64,000 nucleotides of DNA, from contig VGEH01000003.1 in the NCBI GenBank assembly GCA_016869375.1, positions 1,491 through 65,490 of the forward strand. Reading direction: 5' to 3'. The number at the start of each line of letters is the position of its first letter. The first letter of the stretch is position 1. The notes below the pieces were generated by a model. That model made no database searches, was not told the origin of the DNA, and saw only the letters and a list, made by a program, of their open reading frames with translations. Position numbers and translations under genes: made by a program. Origin of the DNA: Alphaproteobacteria bacterium. GTDB lineage: Bacteria; Pseudomonadota; Alphaproteobacteria; SHVZ01. Of the stretch, positions 59,777-64,000 are shown piece after piece.

Positions 59777-60790
59777 TCAGCCGGGTCGTCCGAACACACG
59801 TGTCAGGAACCTGCCTAAGTCGCGGTTGGAGAGGGCGCGGATTTCGGCATCGGCGCCCATCATGTAGGGACGGTTCTCGACGCAGAGGAAGAGGCTGATC
59901 TTGCGCAAGAAGGGCCCGCCCATGGCCAGGCCCGTGCGGTCGTCGCGCACGGTTCCATCCCGCTCGACGATGAAGCGGCAAGGATTGAGCAGGCGACCGA
60001 TCGGGCGCAGCGGCGTGCCGCCATCCCATTGGTGTACGGCGCCGTTGTAGGCGATGGTCTCGACCGCGCTGCCGCCCTCGCGCATATCCTCGGCGATCTG
60101 ACGGCAGCGATCGGGATCGATCAGCTCGTCGCCCGTGCCATAGAGCATGAGCAGCGGCGCGCCGGTCGTGCGCCTGTCCTCGAAGCGCGCGATGCAGGGG
60201 CCGTAGAAGGCGACATGGCCGGCGAAGCGAAGCCCCGAAGGCGCTAGCTTCTCCGCCACCTGCGCCTGTAGCGCGTACATGGTCGACATCGCGCCATAGG
60301 AGAATCCCGCGAGCACGACTCGTGTCGGATCGATCTCCGGACGATCGGCGAGAAAGGCCAGCGCCGCATAGGCGTCCGCGAGCACCATCGACTCGGTGAT
60401 CTCAAGCAGGCGCTCGACGAAGGTGGTGGCGCGGTCGCGGCGCGGCGCGAAGCTGTCGACGACGAGAGCGGCGACGCCCATGGTCGCGAGCTGGGCGCCG
60501 TAGGTGAGCTCGCGCGCCCACAGCACGCCGCCGGACCCGTGCAGCATGATCACCGCCGGCACCGAGCGAGGCGCCAGGGTCCCCGACGGCAGGAACAAAC
60601 GCCCCTGAGCGGTGGTCGGCTCGGCATCGCCGATATCGGCCGGGGTGAACGGGCTCGTGCTCGGGAAGATGATCTCGAGGGAGCGGATCTCCGCGGTTTC
60701 CGATAGCGAGGGCCAGGGATCGCGGATCCGCCACTCGGCCATGGCGGGGCTGGTCAGCATCGCCAGCAGGAGAGCGAGGACGACACGCAT
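59777..60790 (-). CDS. Secreted dienelactone hydrolase-family alpha/beta hydrolase
   Basis: 337 aa. Signal peptide MRVVLALLLAMLTSPAMA, HGSGG, nucleophile elbow GFSYGA, GTGDEL, H near the C-terminus. Confidence 0.75.
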   Translation of the reverse strand: MRVVLALLLAMLTSPAMAEWRIRDPWPSLSETAEIRSLEIIFPSTSPFTPADIGDAEPTTAQGRLFLPSGTLAPRSVPAVIMLHGSGGVLWARELTYGAQLATMGVAALVVDSFAPRRDRATTFVERLLEITESMVLADAYAALAFLADRPEIDPTRVVLAGFSYGAMSTMYALQAQVAEKLAPSGLRFAGHVAFYGPCIARFEDRRTTGAPLLMLYGTGDELIDPDRCRQIAEDMREGGSAVETIAYNGAVHQWDGGTPLRPIGRLLNPCRFIVERDGTVRDDRTGLAMGGPFLRKISLFLCVENRPYMMGADAEIRALSNRDLGRFLTRVFGRPG

Positions 60791-60798
60791 GGCGAGCG

Positions 60799-62352
60799 CT
60801 ACTTCAGGATCGATCCGAGCACGCCGCGCACGATCTGCCGGCCGATGGCCGAGCCGATCGAGGAACTGATCGAGCGCACGACGGTCTTGGCGGCGGTCTC
60901 GGCGATGGTCTGCCGCGGCCGTCCTGCCGGGGCGCGCGGCATCCGCGATGGCGGGACGCGCTGGCCGGTCGGCGCCGGCGCCTGGGGCGTCTCGCGCGGC
61001 CGGCCCCAGGGATTGGGGATGCCGATTGCATCCGCCGCCTTGCCCCAGGGGTTGCTCGATGGCGGCGGCTCGGCCGCCTTGGCGAGCTGCTCGAAGGCGG
61101 ATTCGCGATCGACCCGCTGGTCGTAGCGGTCGCCGATCGGGCTCATGCCAAGCGTCGCTCGCCGCTCCTCGGGCGTGATCGCGCCAAGGCGCGAGGCCGG
61201 CGGGCGGATCAGCGTGCGGACGACCGGCGTCGGCGTGCCGCGCTCGTCTAGCACGGAGACCAGCGCCTCGCCTATGGCCAGTTCCGAGATCGCCTGTTCC
61301 GCGTTGAGGCCGGGGCTGGCGCGGAAGGTCTCGGCGACGGCGCGCACGGCCTTCTGATCGCGCGGGGTGAACGCGCGGAGCGCATGCTGCACGCGATTGC
61401 CGAGCTGGCCCAGCACGGTCTCGGGGATGTCGAGCGGGCTCTGCGTCACGAAGAAGATTCCGACGCCCTTGGAGCGGATCAGCCGCACGACCTGCTCGAC
61501 CTTTTCGATCAGCGCGGGATTCGCGTCCTTGAACAGGAGATGCGCCTCGTCGAAGAAGAAGACGAGCTTCGGCTTGTCGAGGTCGCCAGCCTCCGGCAAC
61601 GCCTCGAACAGCTCGGCCAGCAGCCAGAGCAGGAAGGTGGCGTAGAGGCGCGGCCGCTGGATCAGCTGGTCGGCGGCGAGCACATTGATGGCGCCACGCT
61701 GCTGTCCGTCGGTCATCAGGAGGTCATTGAGGTCGAGCGCCGGCTCGCCGAAGAAATGCTCGCCGCCCTGCTCCTCGAGCTGGAGCAGCGCGCGCTGGAT
61801 GGCGCCGACCGATTGCGGCGAGACCTGGCCGTAGGTCGCGCGCAGCGTCTCCGACTGCTCGCTGACATGCTGCAGCAGCGCGCGCAGATCCTTGAGGTCG
61901 AGCAGGAGCAGGCCCTCGTCGTCGGCGAGCTTGAAGGCGAGCGCGAGCACGCCTTCCTGCACCTCGTTGAGTCCGAGCAGGCGCGCGAGCAGCAGCGGTC
62001 CCAGTTCCGAGATCGTCGTGCGCAGCGGATGGCCGTTCGTCCCCAGCAGGTCCCAGAAGAGGACAGGGTAAGCCTGCGGCCGGTAGCCGGCCGGGCCGGT
62101 GGCCTTGGCGCGCTCCATGAGCCTGGCATCGCCGCGTCCCGGCTGGCTCATCCCGGCGAGATCGCCCTTCACATCGGCGACGAAGACCGGCACGCCCGCC
62201 GCCGACAGGCCCTCGGCCAGGCCCTGCAGGGTCGCGGTCTTGCCGGTACCGGTCGCGCCGGCGACGAGGCCATGGCGATTGGCCATCGCCGGCAGCAGAT
62301 GCACCGGCGCTTTCGCCTTGCCGATCAGAATGGGTTCCACCATCGAAGCCAC
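60799..62352 (-). CDS. DUF853-family HerA-like P-loop ATPase (YjgR-like)
   Basis: 517 aa. Walker A GATGTGKT, FFFDEAHLLF (Walker B), a Pro-rich linker and a conserved C-terminal tail ...RGVLGSILK. Confidence 0.85.
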   Translation of the reverse strand: MASMVEPILIGKAKAPVHLLPAMANRHGLVAGATGTGKTATLQGLAEGLSAAGVPVFVADVKGDLAGMSQPGRGDARLMERAKATGPAGYRPQAYPVLFWDLLGTNGHPLRTTISELGPLLLARLLGLNEVQEGVLALAFKLADDEGLLLLDLKDLRALLQHVSEQSETLRATYGQVSPQSVGAIQRALLQLEEQGGEHFFGEPALDLNDLLMTDGQQRGAINVLAADQLIQRPRLYATFLLWLLAELFEALPEAGDLDKPKLVFFFDEAHLLFKDANPALIEKVEQVVRLIRSKGVGIFFVTQSPLDIPETVLGQLGNRVQHALRAFTPRDQKAVRAVAETFRASPGLNAEQAISELAIGEALVSVLDERGTPTPVVRTLIRPPASRLGAITPEERRATLGMSPIGDRYDQRVDRESAFEQLAKAAEPPPSSNPWGKAADAIGIPNPWGRPRETPQAPAPTGQRVPPSRMPRAPAGRPRQTIAETAAKTVVRSISSSIGSAIGRQIVRGVLGSILK

Positions 62353-62418
62353 CTCATTTCCCCAGCCGCCTCAAAGCGGATATCGTGCGCGCCCACCCGA
62401 AGCAAGAGGAGCGCGCGG

Positions 62419-62886
62419 ATGTCTGGTCGGATCGAGGAAAGGCTGAAGGAACTCAAGATCGAGCTGCCGAAAGCAGCGGCGCCCGCGGCCAACTACGTCC
62501 CCTATACGATTTCCGGGCGGCTGCTCTTCGTCGCCGGCCAGATCCCGATCGTCAATGGCCAGCTCAAATATGTCGGCACCGTCGGCCAGGACCTCTCGAT
62601 CGAGGATGGCGCGGCTGCGGCGCGGCTCTGCGGGCTCAACCTGATCGCCCAGGCCAAGGCTGCCTGCGGCGGCAATCTCGACAAGGTCGGTCGTGTGCTC
62701 AAGCTCGTCGGCTATGTCCAGTGCACGACCGGATTCAAGGATCAGCCGAAGGTGATCAACGGCGCCTCCGACCTCATGGTGCAGGTGTTCGGCGATCTCG
62801 GCCGCCATGCCCGCGCTGCGGTCGGCACCAACGCGCTGCCGCTGGGCGTCGCCGCCGAGGTCGAGGGCACCTTCGAGCTGCTCTAG
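62419..62886 (+). CDS. RidA/YjgF-family protein
   Basis: 155 aa from ATG 62419 (MSGRIEERLKELKIELP). Located inside the longer track ORF 61384-62886, whose 5' part is antisense to the DUF853 gene. Confidence 0.8.
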   Translation: MSGRIEERLKELKIELPKAAAPAANYVPYTISGRLLFVAGQIPIVNGQLKYVGTVGQDLSIEDGAAAARLCGLNLIAQAKAACGGNLDKVGRVLKLVGYVQCTTGFKDQPKVINGASDLMVQVFGDLGRHARAAVGTNALPLGVAAEVEGTFELL

Positions 62887-62891
62887 GCGCC

Positions 62892-64000
62892 ATGGACGGC
62901 GACGCGCAGATCTCTGTCCGCGTCGTCGAACGCATCGCCGATATCGATGCGGCGGTGTGGAATGCCTGCGCGGGGAACGACAATCCGTTTCTCCTTCATG
63001 CTTTTCTTGCCGCGCTCGAGGAGTCCGGCAGCGTCGCGCCCGATACCGGCTGGCTACCCCAGCATCTGATCGCCGAGGACGAGAAGGGCAGCGTCCTCGG
63101 CGTCGTCCCCGCCTATCTGAAGAGCCATTCGCAGGGCGAATACGTCTTCGACCATGGCTGGGCCGATGCCTATATGAAGGCAGGCGGTCGCTACTACCCG
63201 AAGCTCCAGATCGCGGTGCCGTTCACGCCGGCGACCGGCCGGCGCATCCTGCTGCATCCCGACACCGATCCCGATCTCGTCGAGCACCTCGCCGACGCCT
63301 CGCTGACCCTGGCGCAGAAGCGCCGCGCCTCCTCGGTGCACATCACCTTTCCGACCGAGGCCGAATGGAGCCGGCTCGGCGAGGCCGGCTGGATCCGCCG
63401 CATGGGCCAGCAGTATCACTGGCTCAACGAGGGCTACCGGAGCTTCGACGACTTCCTCAACGCACTCTCTTCACGCAAGCGCAAGACACTGCGCAAGGAG
63501 CGCCGCGAGGTCGCCGACAGCGGCATCGCCGTGCGTGCGGTTACCGGATCGGAAATCAAGGAGGAGCACTGGCGCACCTTCCATCGCTACTACCTCGACA
63601 CGGTCGACCGGAAATGGGCGCATGCCTATCTGAATGAGGCGTTCTTCCTCCGCCTCGGCGAGACCTTCTCCGATCGCGTCGTCATGGTGATCGGCGAGGC
63701 CGGCGGGAGGATGATCGCGGGCGCGCTCAATCTCTTAGGATCCGACACGCTCTACGGCCGCAACTGGGGCGCCGACGGCGCCTATAAATTCCTGCACTTC
63801 GAGGCGTGCTACTACCGCGCCATCGACTTCGCCATCGAGCATGGACTGAAGAAGGTCGAGGCCGGCGCGCAGGGGCCGCACAAGATCCAGCGCGGATACC
63901 TGCCGACACCCACATACAGCCTGCACCACATCTTCGATCAGCGCCTGGCGCAGCCGGTCGCCGAGGCGCTCAAGCGCGAGCGCGCCCATGTCGCGCGCGA
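62892..64000 (+). CDS. DUF482 / FemAB-like GNAT-fold protein (partial, runs off the window)
   Basis: Own translation from ATG 62892: MDGDAQISVRVVERIADIDAAVWNACAGNDNPFLLHAFLAALEESGSV...GEYVFDHGWADAY...YPKLQIAVPFTPATG...LHFEACYYRAIDFAIEHGLKKVEAGAQG.HK. Not in the ORF track because no stop lies in the window. Confidence 0.75.
   Translation, partial: MDGDAQISVRVVERIADIDAAVWNACAGNDNPFLLHAFLAALEESGSVAPDTGWLPQHLIAEDEKGSVLGVVPAYLKSHSQGEYVFDHGWADAYMKAGGRYYPKLQIAVPFTPATGRRILLHPDTDPDLVEHLADASLTLAQKRRASSVHITFPTEAEWSRLGEAGWIRRMGQQYHWLNEGYRSFDDFLNALSSRKRKTLRKERREVADSGIAVRAVTGSEIKEEHWRTFHRYYLDTVDRKWAHAYLNEAFFLRLGETFSDRVVMVIGEAGGRMIAGALNLLGSDTLYGRNWGADGAYKFLHFEACYYRAIDFAIEHGLKKVEAGAQGPHKIQRGYLPTPTYSLHHIFDQRLAQPVAEALKRERAHVAR

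Overview
High-GC window (about two-thirds G+C by eye, not computed), densely packed and without mobile elements. It looks like core chromosome of an alphaproteobacterium of the Hyphomicrobiales/Rhizobiales type. Markers for that placement are the NDUFA12-like/mlaD/DUF2155 string, aroQ-accB-accC-aat synteny, a long class II RNR (nrdJ), a DUF6481-like protein and a CtrA-type TTAA-N7-TTAA box. I call about 57 protein genes, one tRNA-Val(CAC), two hairpin terminators and a few candidate operator sites. Most genes are housekeeping: glmU-glmS, gabD, gor, class II DAHP synthase, nadE, gltX, cysS, kup, rodA, kynU, aroQ-accBC, aat and nrdJ. I found no transposase, integrase, phage gene, CRISPR array or recognisable defence island, and no clear-cut novel multi-gene system. 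The best candidates for follow-up are: (1) three TPR+GT41 (OGT/SPINDLY-like) protein-glycosyltransferase paralogues, two tandem and ATGA-coupled and one appended to the NDUFA12/mlaD/DUF2155 string; (2) a tightly coupled short-type NAPRTase / YkgJ Cys-cluster protein / NadE / GltX string; (3) a DUF853 ATPase / secreted dienelactone hydrolase / bacterial GH3 string; (4) a TTGA-coupled class III aminotransferase + ATC-hydrolase-like pair; (5) a 411-nt composite nrdJ leader with NrdR-like boxes; (6) a frameshifted Pat-like GNAT 9 nt behind an orphan histidine kinase; (7) a vapBC module with a perfect 10-bp inverted-repeat operator; (8) convergent genes that repeatedly share a 4-nt CTAG stop-stop overlap. 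Many long ORFs in the track are antisense shadow ORFs typical of high-GC DNA and were not called. All family assignments come from motif recognition by eye, not database searches.
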